From Cyanophora paradoxa CCMP329 (lineage: Eukaryota; Plantae; Glaucophyta): 64,000 bases of DNA. The translations under genes and the position numbers were made by a program. The notes under the pieces are model-generated. The model worked only from the letters and a program-made list of their open reading frames with translations. It made no database searches and was not told where the DNA came from. Shown here in pieces: positions 47,248 through 59,776 of this stretch; position 1 is the first letter of the stretch; each line of letters begins with the position of its first letter. The stretch lies in assembly GCA_004431415.1 (NCBI GenBank), contig QPMI01000100.1:62001-126000 (forward strand), given 5' to 3'.

Positions 47248-47729
47248 CAAGCGCTGGGAGATGTAAAGTGTCGTTGAGCGCGTGTCACTCAATCAGCGCA
47301 CCAACGTTTCCGCCGCCTGAATGCGCGCCTCATTTGTGCTTCCAGAACAAACACCAGCAAGCCACGAAAGTAATTTCCGCAGAACCATTACCGGGTCCAG
47401 CGCTGCGCTCGGCAGCGCACGCTGCTTAAGTCGAAACGGAGGCGAGGATGACTGAACCCCGTGCTACGAGCTTTATGTCTATAGCGGCCTGAGGGCCGGG
47501 AAGACTGTACCCCCCCCAAGCCGGCTGTGAGCGTGTTGCGCATCGGGGTGCGGACATCGGAACGAGGACGGTTGGCGCAGTGACGGTTGGCCGTCGGCCG
47601 CATCGTTGGCGCGAGCGCTCCAACGCGTTGAGCGACGAGAGTAGATGCTACTGAACACGATAACGTTGATCCGGGCTCCTTAACGGCCCTCAAAGCCGAG
47701 ACCGCCACGAACCTCGGATCCGCGCCGCG

Positions 47730-49471
47730 GCGCTGCCTTGGGCTGGCCCGAGTCGAGGCGCAGGGCCCCGCCGAGCTCAAGGTCTTCGTTGGGGTACTCT
47801 CCTTCGAGGACCCGCTCCGGCCCGACGCCCCCGCCGCCCTCGCCCAGTGCCTCGCCGCTGGCATCCGCGTCGTGCGCTGCACCCATCCGCCCCACCGCCT
47901 CCGCTGAATCGCTTTGCTCCGCGGCAGATGGTCGTGAGCGGGGACCACCCGGCGACGTGCGCGGCGGTGGCGCGGCGGGCGGGGCTTTTGCCGGCGGCGG
48001 GGCTGGCGGGCGGCCCGACCCCCTATAGCTACCTGGTGGACTGCTCCCAGGCGCCTGCCCTCGCTGGGGCTTCCGAGCCCCCGACTCGCCATCGTACAAA
48101 AACGTGTGTACCCCCCTCCTTCCCGCCTCCGCCTCCGCCGCCCCGCTCCGCCCCGCCAGGGGCTCCTTGGCAGTAGTGCGTGGAGGATCCGGAGCTGGAG
48201 GCGCAGGCGGGGGCGGGCGCCCTCGTGTGGGCCCGCAGTGCCCCGCTCCTCAAGGCCGGCCTCGTCGCCGTCCTCCAGAGGCGCGGCGCCGTCTGCGCCA
48301 CGGGCGACGGCGCCAACGACGCGCCCGCCCTCCGCACCGCCGACGTGCACTCCCTTCTCCTTCCCATCTTTTTGCCTTCTCACTCCCCCTCAAAGGTGGG
48401 CGTGGCGGTACGGGGGGCGGCGGGGGCGGCACGGGAGGCGGCGGGCGTGGAGCTGGCGGAGGACTCGTTCGCGGGGCTCGTGGCCGGCGTCGCCGAGGGC
48501 CGCCGCCTCTTCGACAACCTCAGGTAAGGAGAAAGAGAAGAGGAAGCTGAGAGTCTGGAATGAAAATTGATAACATAATCTACCTACTCCACCCGTTTAT
48601 ACCATCTTATCATCTCTACGACACCCTCTCATCTGCCGCCTCACTGTCGCCCTGCCCCGCGCAGGAAAGGGACGCGCTTCTACCTGGCATGCAAGGCGGC
48701 CCTCGTCGCCCTCTTCGCCGCCGCCTGCGCCCTCGGGCTCCCCCCGCCCCTCGCCCCCATCCAGGTGCGCCGTGGGCCTCCACACACTCTGGCCCCCGCC
48801 CCTTACATTTGGCCTGGGCAGGTGATCGCGCTCGAGGCGCTGATGGACCTCGCTGCCGGCGCCGCCTTCGTCTGCGAGCCCCCGGAGCCGTGCGCCCCCT
48901 TCCCTCAGTCTGATGGTCCGATTTCTCGCTTCTTCTGATGGCTTCGTTTCGCTGCAGGGGCATCATGCGGCGGCCGCCGCGCCCGCGGGACGCCCCCTTC
49001 GTCGACAGGCCCTACCTCGCCTCCGTCTGCGGGGCGGCCGCCCTCCTCGCCGGCCCCGTCTTCGCCACATTTCTCCTTTCCTCCTCTTCCTCTTCCTCGC
49101 CTTCTCTGGGGCAGTCCGCAGCCTTTGCCTCCTGGCTCCTCGCCCACGTCGCCCTCGCCCTCGTCACCCGCTCGGGCGCCCCCTGCTGCGCCCCGGGCGG
49201 CCTGGCCTCCCTCCGCGAGAACTCGGCCATGGGCCTCTGGGCCGTCGCCGCGCTCGCCTCCCTCGCTCTCTCCTTCCTCGTACCTCCCCTGCGGGATGGT
49301 CTCAAGCTGACGCCCCTCCCGGCGCACGCCTGGGGGACTGCCCTGTGCGCTGCCCTCCTCGTCCTCGTGGTGGGCGAGGCCGCAAAGCTCGTCCTGCATG
49401 CCCGTACACGCCTTGCTGCGCCGCGTGACGAGGCAGCTGCTTCCGAGAGCTTGCCCCTTCTGGCTGAGTAG
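47730..49471 (+). pseudogene. P-type ATPase copy 4, C-terminal half only
   Basis: Begins at RCLGLARVE (copy-1 ~15369), lacks DKTGT, retains SGDH and TGDGAND; short insertions at 48023 and 48185. Followed by a copy of the downstream spacer to ~52530. Confidence 0.9.
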
Positions 49472-49869
49472 CTACTAGGTCTTCGACTCGCCCCGGCCCC
49501 ACCCCTGCTCGTCCGACGGTCTCAGGAGGTGCAAGGTGGGGTCTAATTATAAGTTAACAGACTCTGAGAGACGGCAGTTCAATGGACGAACAGGAATCGC
49601 ATTCAATGATTCAAAGTGCTTGTGTAGAGGAGGTCAATTCATTTAACATGTCACAGTGTTGGTAGTACTAGTAAGTTAGTAGTAACGTTAACATATACAG
49701 GTCTAGGCCGGGAGCCGTTCAAGCTCGAGCTCAGCGGCTTGTTTAAGCTTCTTAAAAGCCCGCCGGGCCCATAATTCGAGGTGAAGCTACAGCAGTGATG
49801 GGACACACTCGGACACACTGTGACAGGGACAAAAAAAGCAAAATGACCAAGACAAGAGCACGAAGAAAG

Positions 49870-52180
49870 CCTTCAAGGCTTGAAGACAATTGCAAGACGA
49901 AGAGCTGACTCTCGGAATTGAATATTTGAGAGCGAGGGTATATGTTCGTGTAACCTTGCCATGGACTCCCAGGATATGATATGACATGCCATGGGCCCCC
50001 AGCCTCACGAGGGACTGTTATCAATCTGGATCAAGAACTTCGTGCATTGATCGAAATATTTGCACGCAATTCGTGCATCGAAACGTTCAACGTTGGCATT
50101 TTTAACTAATCCTCTAGGCTGGCCATTAGCTGGCCATGGGTCTTTGGTTTGCCGATGCAATGGACAGATCGCAATGGATCTCCGGTGCGATGTTCAGGAA
50201 CTGCGGCACAAACGTGAAGCCATGCGGTAGCCTGGAAGCGATTGCGCGCTCGAGTAGCTTGTGCAGCCTGCGCCGTTGCTGGTGGTGACGGAGCCCACAA
50301 TCGTTCCGTCCCTCCCGTTGCCCGAAGCATCTCGAACATTTCTGGATGCTGACTGTCGCACGTTTGTCCAAGCTCAAGTCACGATCATGATCAGAACGCA
50401 AGCCCGAGCAGAGGAAGTACGCACGCTAGCGGCAGGTTGATCATCGAAGGGAAGGTAGAGACTTGGCTGGCGCCAAATAACTCCACCGGCCGCCAGTGTC
50501 TCTACCTCGCTCTCTGACAGTGCTGCAGGCCAGATGCGGAAGCCTGTGCTCCAGGTTCCCTCGGAAATCATCGCAAATGTGATCACGTGGCAGGCACGCA
50601 CCGGACAGGTCGACGTTTTCAAGTGTGTACAAGCCGCTGTCCCCGGGTCCTGCATGCGTGCAGACATTCAGGGATTTGTCCAACCTCCCCACTCCCCCGG
50701 GCTCCGTATCCAACGCGCACCCCTGCAACCACTCGGCCGATGTAATTGTAGTTGCGGATCCCGCTCGGCAGGATGGTCACATTTTTTGTTCCTCCATTCG
50801 GATCTAGCCCGTCGACGATGTGGGTGCGGGTTCCCGTCACGCCATCCGTCAGGTAGAAGTGCAGGTCGCCGGTCGCCCCAAGTGTCGTGACCGCGTGGTA
50901 CCAGCGGTTGAGCTGATCATGAGCAGAGGGGCGTCATGAGTTGACGCCAGGAGCTGATAAACAAGGCAGAACGTGCGCACGAGAAGCTGGCCAGTACCAT
51001 TGACATTCGATGGTGAGTACAAGTGAACCTGGTCTTCCTCGGGGTCCTGGGCAGTGGTAGCTGGAGGTGAGCCCTTGGAAACAGTGCGGCAAGGACGGTC
51101 GCAGACCACGTAATTGTTGGAAGGATTTCGATCGGTGAGCCCCAAATAGAGACTGTTGCTGTCCGGGCCCGGAGCACCGAAGATGTTCTGTCACCCTAGC
51201 ATGTCAGATGGCCACGTTCACAGACAAAAATCGGTTGACCATACGAATCAAGGCATACCGATTTGATTTCCATGAGCTGCACAGAGTGTCAGACTGGTCT
51301 GGCGCTATGCATATGCATGCTGGCATCGACGAACCACGGCCTGTCTAAACCATCCATTTGCGAAATCGAACAACTTCGCTTGCTTTGCCAGACCTCCGAG
51401 CTGCTGCTGGCCAAGCTTGATCCTGCCCGGTCTAAGTTGGATGCGAGCTCGTTCTAAGTTGGATGCGAGCACCAGAACTCGAACGAGATCGGATTACCGA
51501 AGTACAGTGGGGGCAGGGTGATGTAGCTCTCGCCGCCAGGGAAGTGTGCACCTGTAGAGCACATATCAACAAAGCTCGAAGAAAGATCCCCGAAGGAGGC
51601 TTGGGATGGATCGGAGGAGGGTCCCATGAGGGGGAGCCAGAAAGCTGCAGCTGGCTATGAAGCTTAAAGGTTCGGAGAGGGGGCTGCGAGGCAGGGGGGA
51701 GGCCAAGGAGAGGAGTGTGGGAGCTCACTGGAGGGGCGGAAAGTTTGGAGCACAGGTTCTCACGAGCGGGGAACAGAAGGCTGGCTAGAGCGGAGTGGCA
51801 CACTACAACATTTGAGGTGCCACTGCTCAAGGCCGGGCAGGGGGAGGTGAATGGCAATGAGGTGTGACAGGGGGGTGTGCGAAGGGGAGGGAAGGGGGGG
51901 GAAGGGCAGAAGGGCGTGCGCACTGCACGTCGGCACAGCCGGGCTTGAGGTGAGGCTTGCAAGACGCCCTGCATGCTGATCAGATCACACGTGGTGACTT
52001 ACCCGTTGCCAGCACATGTACAACGGCCCGGCTCGCGTGCGTATCGCATGCGCGCACAAGCGCACATGCTCACGTTTTTGGCTGTAGATGCCCCCGTCGA
52101 GGTTCTGGCCATGGGCCGCTGCCAAGGCCTGCATACAACTGCCCGCCAGGATGAAAAAGAGGACCAGCTGCGCATTGCAC
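49870..52180 (-). pseudogene. LamG-like gene or fragment, copy 3 (more diverged)
   Basis: Same exons as copy 1 with scattered SNPs and short insertions; boundaries approximate. Confidence 0.65.
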
Positions 52181-52892
52181 TGCGGCGCGGTCCAGCTCAA
52201 ATGATATGCAGAACAGAAAAGCACGAGTCTGAGCACCGGCACGCTTGGGTGATCGTGGCCCATGCTGCGCAACTTCAACTTGCGAAGTTGCTGACTCGGG
52301 GCAAATGAAAGGCTAAGGCGCAGGTGCAAGCCTAGCAAGCCTAGCAAGCTTATGCCGACGCCTCGACGCTCCAATTCGAGGCTGCTGACCGATCGCACCA
52401 CGAATTACGAGTCTGCCGCAGTGCCACGGTCACCGGGTTGCAGTTGCTTGCTGGCCAAGTTGCGAATATTGCTATTGCAATTGCTGCAGTGCCATGCAGT
52501 GCCAGGCTGATCGGACGTCGAGGTTCAACCGTCGGTAGGGGGGGAGGGGGGGGAGGGGGGGGGGGGGGGGGGGGGACGTCGACGGCGACGGAGGGCGGGG
52601 AGGGGGGCGGGGAGGGGGGGGGGGGGACGACGATGGCGCCGTACCCCCGTCGGTTTCAGCCGCCGACATGTACAGCCGGGAATCAACCCTCGTCCTTAGC
52701 TATATATAGCCTCGTCCTTAGCGTCAACCGAGGACGCCGGCGTGGCCCATGCATATGGGCCGATCCCGGCGCCCGTGAACGTTAGTCCAATTAATATTGC
52801 GCATGCGAGAAGAAAGAAGAAAAGAAAGATTAGCTATAGATTCATCCAGTGCTCAGTATGCGGCACTTTTGGCACACGTGCTAGGGATCTAG

Positions 52893-53714
52893 GAGCGCAT
52901 TCTGGTCCAAAATTAATACAGCAATTGGGTTGGGAATTATGTGTTGTGTGATGGCGCAGCGAGGGGGGCAGCGGGCTAGGCGACAGATAGCAGTAATGGA
53001 GGTTGCATGCTACTGAACACGATACATTAGGCGGCGTCTAGCCCCGTCACCCCCGTTCAAAGTGAGCCACGGACCTATAGCAGTAGCTGTACATGTGCCG
53101 CGATGTGCGGCGTGTACTGCGGCGGCGAGCGGGGCCAGATGGAGGCGCCAGATATAGCGGCGGCGCCTGGGGAGTGCGACGCGCTCGAGCGTTTCGCACA
53201 CCGGGCGATGTGTGGCTGGAGCTGGTGCCTCGTAACGCTGTCCCCCCCGGTTTTGGGCAGCCCCAAAACCGGCGCTGGCGCGGCGGCGGCAGCGCGGAGG
53301 ACCCGAAGCGGTACACAGCGCAATCGTTGCGCTGTACCGCGCATGCATAACGCGACCAGAGCGCTAGCAGCGCGGACTGCATGACGGAATCGCTGTCCCC
53401 CCCTCCGCAAGCGGGCGCGCGGGACCTTGGCGCGCGGGCGCGCAGCGGGATCCGCTAGCAAAAAGGACCTATGCGCGCCGATTCCCTAGCACTCGTGTAG
53501 CTGTCTTGCCGATCCCGCGCCGCGAATCCCGCGCCCGCAGTGGTCGAAAACCGATGGTGACGGGGCTAGACGCCGCCTAATGTATCGTGTTCAGTAGCAT
53601 GCAACCTCCATTACTGCTATCTGTCGCCTAGCCCGCTGCCCCCCTCGCTGCGCCATCACACAACACATAATTCCCAACCCAATTGCTGTATTAATTTTGG
53701 ACCAGAATGCGCTC
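52893..53714. mobile_element. 822-bp non-autonomous TIR element (MITE-like)
   Basis: 159-bp inverted repeats 52893-53051 and 53556-53714, perfect by eye; TAG on both flanks (candidate 3-bp TSD); no transposase; internal 11-bp hairpin 53247-53272. Confidence 0.88.
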
Positions 53715-53854
53715 TAGTGTCCCTGATACACACGCATATGTGCATGCCTGAGCACTTCCCCAGGCGCAGCCAGTAGCAGACCGAAGTCATGATGATGCGC
53801 ATGCAGTAGCCAGTAGCAGATCTAGACCAGATCTAGAGCAGATCTAGACCAGTA

Positions 53855-56800
53855 TCGTGCTGTTCATGACTCTATGAGCCTGGTGCCGGCTTGAATCCAG
53901 TCAAAGGATTGGAAATGAAAGCCAAAACTGTATTCAAGTGTCTCGCATGCCAGAGGCACCATGCACACATAATGCTAGTCATCATCTGCATGGTACGTTT
54001 CTTGCAAAAGCTCCTTTAGTGATAGCTGGTGCACTGTCAAGGAAGTTCATATCACAAGCTCTCAACACACGCACCCGAATCTCGGTTGTATCATCTCCCC
54101 TCAGTGCATCTTTCAAGAAATGGCACTCCACTTTCATATTTATCTGAGGGAGGTTTCAGCTCTCGAATTTCTATGAGATGCAGGAACACACCTGCTCCAA
54201 GGCTCCTCGAATGACACCGCAAAGAATGTTTGAGTACAGCAGGCCAGTGGCAGACTCCGGCAGCTCAACGAAATCGTTGAGAGGGTTTTCGTCGATAATA
54301 AAGCTGCACTCGGTCCCCTCGGGATTCCAGTTCACAACCTGAGCGACGATGCCAAGGAACATCCTGAACGCGACCTGTGTGCACGCCATCGTTGAGGGGT
54401 CGAGCGAGTCCGGGTGCGCCGGCCGCGAACCTTGCCAATGACCTCGGCTGTCTCGCGGAAGTCGACGCAACGCGTGATGTTGGACTTCGCCAAGAACTCA
54501 TCGATCAGCCGAGCGCCGATGTTTTAACCCCTGAAGCTGTGGTCAGCTGTCGGCCGGTGGACGAGAGCGCATCGCCGGCGTACATCTTGTCCAGCTGCTT
54601 GTTGACCTCTGCAACATCTTCGTAGTCCTTCACAAGCTGAGACACGAGCGAGCCGTACGTGAGGGTGAAAAGCTCCGAGTTCTGCCGCCGTCGAGTGTGA
54701 GCGCGGAGGAGTCTAGCGCGCTTGCACGATGCGCACCACTTTCTCGATCTTGCTGAACGCCGCGTCGCCGATTCGTTGGTACGGCTTCGCCATCGCCGCC
54801 CGCGCTGCGCCCGCGTGCGGCCGCGCCTGAAGAATGCGCGCCCCCGCGCTTCTGAACGAATATCGCTAATCTGACAGCGTCTATTTAGCTGTCGGCCCCC
54901 AGAATGCTTGCTGAGAGACAGAATTGATCGCCCTGAAGCTGTACCCGCTGTGCGTCTGAGCGTTAGCTTCAGAGCACAGCTTCTCATGCTTGCTGGCTTG
55001 CTTCAGACTGTGGATTAGCTGAGCAGACTGAGCGACCCGCGCGCTGCGCGTGCGCTACGCGCTGGTCGGCATGCGTAGTTCCTCTTACGGGCCGACCAGC
55101 GGCGGCCTCGGCGGGAGCGTAGCTAAGCATATGCGCCTTTGCTTTCACCAATAGCTAATGTTTTCTGTTGAATCGCAAGCACAGCGCGCAGCGATGCGCA
55201 GCTCGGCGGCAGCTGGGCGAGGAGCGAGCCCTCCTTTGCAGGGCAGCAGCTCAGCGTCGCCGGCGCCAGCGGGGCGAGGACGGGGTGCCGGCGGCTCTCC
55301 CGGACCCCCTGCCGCGTTCGCGGCGCCCCGACGCCCCGCCGAGAGCCCGTGGCACTTCGTGGCCCCCGTGGAGCTGCGGCGGGAGAACATCGTCCAGTAT
55401 GTCGGAGAGACGCGCTTGGACGACGGCCTGCGGGTGCGTGCGGCTCCCGAAGGGCGCGCGGGCCGCGGACGGCGCAGTGACGAGGCGAGCGGGCGCAGGT
55501 CGCCGTGCAGAGGCTGTGCAGCGAGGAGGAGCTGCCCGAGAACCCTTACATGTACCTGGCGAGGCAGCTGCGCGTCCTGGAGCCGCGGGACGAGTCGTGG
55601 GACCGCGAGAACGAAGCGATCCTGGAGGAGCTCTCGAACCGCGTCGCCGTCTCGGACCCCGTGACGACGATCTCGCACGCGGAGGGCGACGCGAGCTTCT
55701 GGGGTCTGCCGAACGTCGTCCGCTTCGTCGACCTCAAGCGCGCCCCGCGGCTCAAGGCGCGACACCCCTCCCATCCCTTGCCCCGCCCCTCCCCTCCTCT
55801 GAACTTCGCGCCCGGTGCAGGACACGCTTCTCAAGTTCGTGTCGAAGCCCGCGGGCACGTACGACGAGTATCAGGTGCGACGCGCCCGGCCCGGCCCACC
55901 TCAGCCGCCCCCGGGCCGGCCCGATCCGGCGCCAGGTGCGGGTGCTGCCGTCGCTCGGTGGGGACTACGCCTTCTACGGTCGCCTGGTGCCGCACCCAGC
56001 GGAGCTTCTACTGCGTGAGGCTCACGTCGTGGAGGTGCCCGCGTCCCGCGCCTCCAGCGGGTCTAGGAAAGAATAGGATGGGGCAGGAAGGCCCCACCCG
56101 CCCTCGTTAGTCCAGCCTCGCTCCTACCTCGGGCGAGTGATCCCGCCTGACCCGAGGCCTGGGCGCAGGGCCCGAAGCTGGAGGCGGCGCTGAACCTGTT
56201 CGCGCTGAACGTCCTCGCCGACGCCTTCGCCCTCGACGAGGCCCTCCACTCCGTCATCGGCGCGTACTCCCCGCAACTCGAGAGATCAAATTAGCCTCCC
56301 GTGACGCGGCCGGCCGCGCAGGCTTCGTGATCGAGGACGAGGCGCGCGGGGAGGGCGCCGCCCGCCGCTGGGCCATGGCCGACATGCGCGAGCGCAAGGC
56401 CGCCTTCATGGGCGAGGTCCGCCCCTCGCTAAGAAGATTAGAGACGAGGAAGGAAATGGACTCTCTGCTCACTTCCTCGCCCTTCGTGTGCACAGCTGAA
56501 GGTGGCGGCGGTGGCGCGGCGGCGGCTGACGGCGGAGGTCCTCGCGCACCTCTCGGCGGAGGAGTGGGAGACGGGCGCCGAGCCGGCGATGTACGTGCGC
56601 CTCCTCAAGCAGTACACCTTTCACTTCGCCGCCTCCGAGGAGCGCCCCGCCGTCCTCCAGTGCGCCGCCGCTCAGACGGCTCAGACCGCTCAGAAAGAGA
56701 GACTCTGACTCGTCTCCTCTTCCTGCCGCGCAGGGCGTCGAACTACGGGCCGGCGCCGCTGGAGGCGGTCCTGGACGGGGTCTTCCTCGAGAAGGAGGAC

Positions 56801-58593
56801 GCCGACGCGTACGTCGCCCTCCACTTCGACGAGGACCGCCGCTTCACCCTCGGGCCCTCCTCCCGCGCCTTCCGGTGCTGCACCACCCCCTTCTCCTGTC
56901 TTGCTTGTTGGCCTTCTTACTAAGCTTCGACCGCAGGGCGGAGATGCTGGCGCGGCTCTTCGCGGCGGTACGCCTGAACGACCAGCTGAGCGTCGCCCGC
57001 GTCGCCCTGCGCCTCGCCCTCATGGACGGCCACTTCGAGCTCGTCCCCTCCCTCCACCGCATGCTCGCCTCCCCCGCCGCCGCCCTCGCCGCCACCTCCG
57101 CCACGAACGCGACGCTGCAGCGGCTCCTCGCCGCGCGCGGGCCGCCCTCCAAGATGGAGGAGATGGGGCGCACGCTGGGCGCCATGTACGTCTCCTACGC
57201 CCAGCGCCTCTCGGACGTCGCCGCCTCGAACAGCTCGTCGGACGTCATCGCCCTGCGGCCCGCGCTGGCCGCCACGCTGGAGTCCCTCTCGGGGGCCGCC
57301 GGCGCCGCGGGCCGCCCCGCCTCGCTCCTCCTCAACGAGCAGACGGCCCCGCGGCTGCGCCGCCTGCGCGCCATGTGCGAGGCGGTGGCCCTCACGATGG
57401 CCGAGGACCTCGCCGCCGGCTGCCTCGACGTCCGGGCGAGCCAACCGCGGCCCCACTCTCTTTCTCTCGGCTCACGGCCCCGCAGGAGTACACGAGGCAG
57501 TGCGAGGTTGAGCTGCAGAAGCTGCAGGTGAAGCTCCGGCAGCCGCCGCCGGCCCCAACCGTCGTGCCCATGGGCGCGCGCCCTCCCGCCCCACTTCACT
57601 TCTGCCTTCTTATCGCCTGCCTCCCCAGTCGTGCTGGTTGGGGAGGAGGTGAGGGCGCTAGAGGGGCGGCGGACGGTGCCGCGGGACCAGAGCCGCGAGT
57701 ACGTCCTCGCGACGTTCCTCTCCGACATGCTCGTCGACGTCCGCCTCACCCACATCCTCTTCAACGTGAGCGGATCGAATTCGATCCGATATTGTGAGTG
57801 TCGACAAGGAATCTCTTTCAACTCGTGTACCCCCGCAGCTGCTGTGCGACACGCTCGTGCCGAACCCGTACCCGGTGCTGGTGCGGCACTTGAAGGCGGC
57901 GGGTCTGCGGTCCCAGCTGCGCAAGGGCGACGACGAGGCGATCCTCTCGCTGGCCCGCGGGCAGCTCGCCCTCGCCGACGCCCCCCGCTTCATCTACTCG
58001 GCCCGCTCCGCCGCGGCCCCCGGATCCGCCGCCGCCATCGCCGCCGGGCCGGGGCAGCAGGCGGCCGGGGCGCAGTGCTTCGGGCTCGCCTCGGCGCTGG
58101 CCTTCGCGGACCCCCTCCTCCTCGCCGCCCTCCGCGTCGGCCTCCGGGCCCTCTTCCTCGCGGCCCCGCCCCCCCTCCAGGGGTACGAGTGCACCGTGCG
58201 GGGCGCCCTGGCCGGCCATGCGGTGGTGATGGGCCGCCTCGTGCGGATGGAGCCGGGCCTGCCGCTGGGCCTCCTGGAGCGCGTCGACGTGGTCGAGGAG
58301 CTGCGCGTGACGGGCCCCAGCGTCGAGCTCGCGCTGCACCTCGCCGCCTCGACCATCGCCTCGCACACGGAGCGCGTCGCCCTCTCCAGCCCGCACGTCG
58401 TCGAGGCCCTCGAGGCCCACGGCGCTGCCCGCTTCGGCGCCCGCGAGGTCGTGCAGCAGCGCGACGCGGTCGTCGGGTCGCTCTCGCAGGCGCTCCGCCT
58501 CGGCCAGCGGGTCTCCCTCCGCGGCGTCGCCCTCGTCGGGGAGACCTACCTCCCCTTCGAGCAGTTCTTCCACGTCCACTACATCAACCCCTC
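53855..58593. repeat. ~4.75-kb dispersed duplication, copy B
   Basis: Colinear with 40991-45746. Confidence 0.92.
53975..54793 (-). pseudogene. BET3: BET3 duplicate with premature stop
   Basis: Tyr codon TAT of MGYNIG is TAA at 54524-54526 (minus strand); otherwise colinear with 41111-41928. Confidence 0.85.
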
Positions 58594-59548
58594 CAACGCC
58601 GCGTCCGCCCCCCCCCCCGCCCGCGCCCCGTACCCCCCACCCTTGCCTTTTCTTACCCGGAGCAGGGTGCACCCGTACGGGGACGTGGCGTACCCCCCGG
58701 TCTTCTTCCGCGCGTACTTCACGGCGGAGGACGCGCGGGCGGCGGTCGAGCTCTCGCCGCACCTCCCGGGCAAGGGTGACCCGCTCGCCTCCGAGTCGGC
58801 CCGCGAGCTGCGGGGCGCGCTGAAGGCGGAGGCCGGGGCGGCCAGCGCGAAGGGACTCTACCGAGCCGCCTACGACGCGCTGGTGCAGCTGCTGGCGATG
58901 GACGAGGGGCGCGACGGGGCGCCGCTCCTCGCAGCCGCCCGCTTCCTCCGCTCCCCGGCGGGGGTCGTGGCGCACCTGCGCTCCCAGACGCAGGTCGCCC
59001 TCACGATCGCATCCCGGCCCCCGGCCTCGGCGCGCCCGCCTTCTTCCTTTCCGCCTTTCTCTTTCCCCTCTCTGAGTCGCGGGCACGCAGGGGGCGGTGC
59101 ACGAGGGGGCGTGGCGGCAGCTGACGGAGGGGATGGCCGTGCGGGCGTCGCGGTTCCTGCAGGACCCCGCGAACGTCTTCTTCACCGGCATGCAGCGCCT
59201 CGCGCTGGACTGGGCCCTCTCCCTCCAGCGCCTGGACGTCTCCGAGTCCCGGGAGCGCCGCGAGGGCGCCCTGCAGGCCGCCGAGGACCTCGAGACCTTC
59301 CTCTACGTCACCGAGGTGTTTCAGCGACTAATCTACTAAGTTCCAAGTCTTTCTTTCTTTGATCTTCGTTCCAGATGTGCGTTGGGGATCTGGTGCACGA
59401 CGGGCACCCGGCCGCGGACGCCCTCTTCCGCGCCTTCCGCGCCGCCGCGGGGCCAGCCCTCCACCACGTCCCCTCCGCCCACCCCTAGCGCCCTCTTCTC
59501 TTCGCGAATCGACACATCGTTTTTCAGATATGTGACGGGGTATCGTAA
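55194..59548 (+). CDS. Large uncharacterised protein with N-terminal Dpy-30/RIIa-like dimerisation motif
   Basis: YVGETRLDDGLRVAVQRLCSEEELPENPYMYLARQL resembles D/D motifs (PxNPxxYLA). Many short introns join GC3-rich exons; ends ..AGPALHHICDGVS*. Confidence 0.75.
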
Positions 59549-59776
59549 TTCGGTAGAGAATGGGGTACAGGGGTTTTTGAGGGGTACGGGATTCGCGGGT
59601 TGGGCCGAAGGCGCGCGGGCGGGTTCAATTCGCCCCTTCTGGTGCGCGCTGCCGCTGGAAGGCTGCGCCGCATCCGGTGCGCTTGTCTGTCGCATTCGCG
59701 CGTTAGGAGCCGCCAGCGCGGCAGATCAATGTCGCATATCACCGATCGAACCGCCCGCGCGCAGCGCTTTCAAGCC

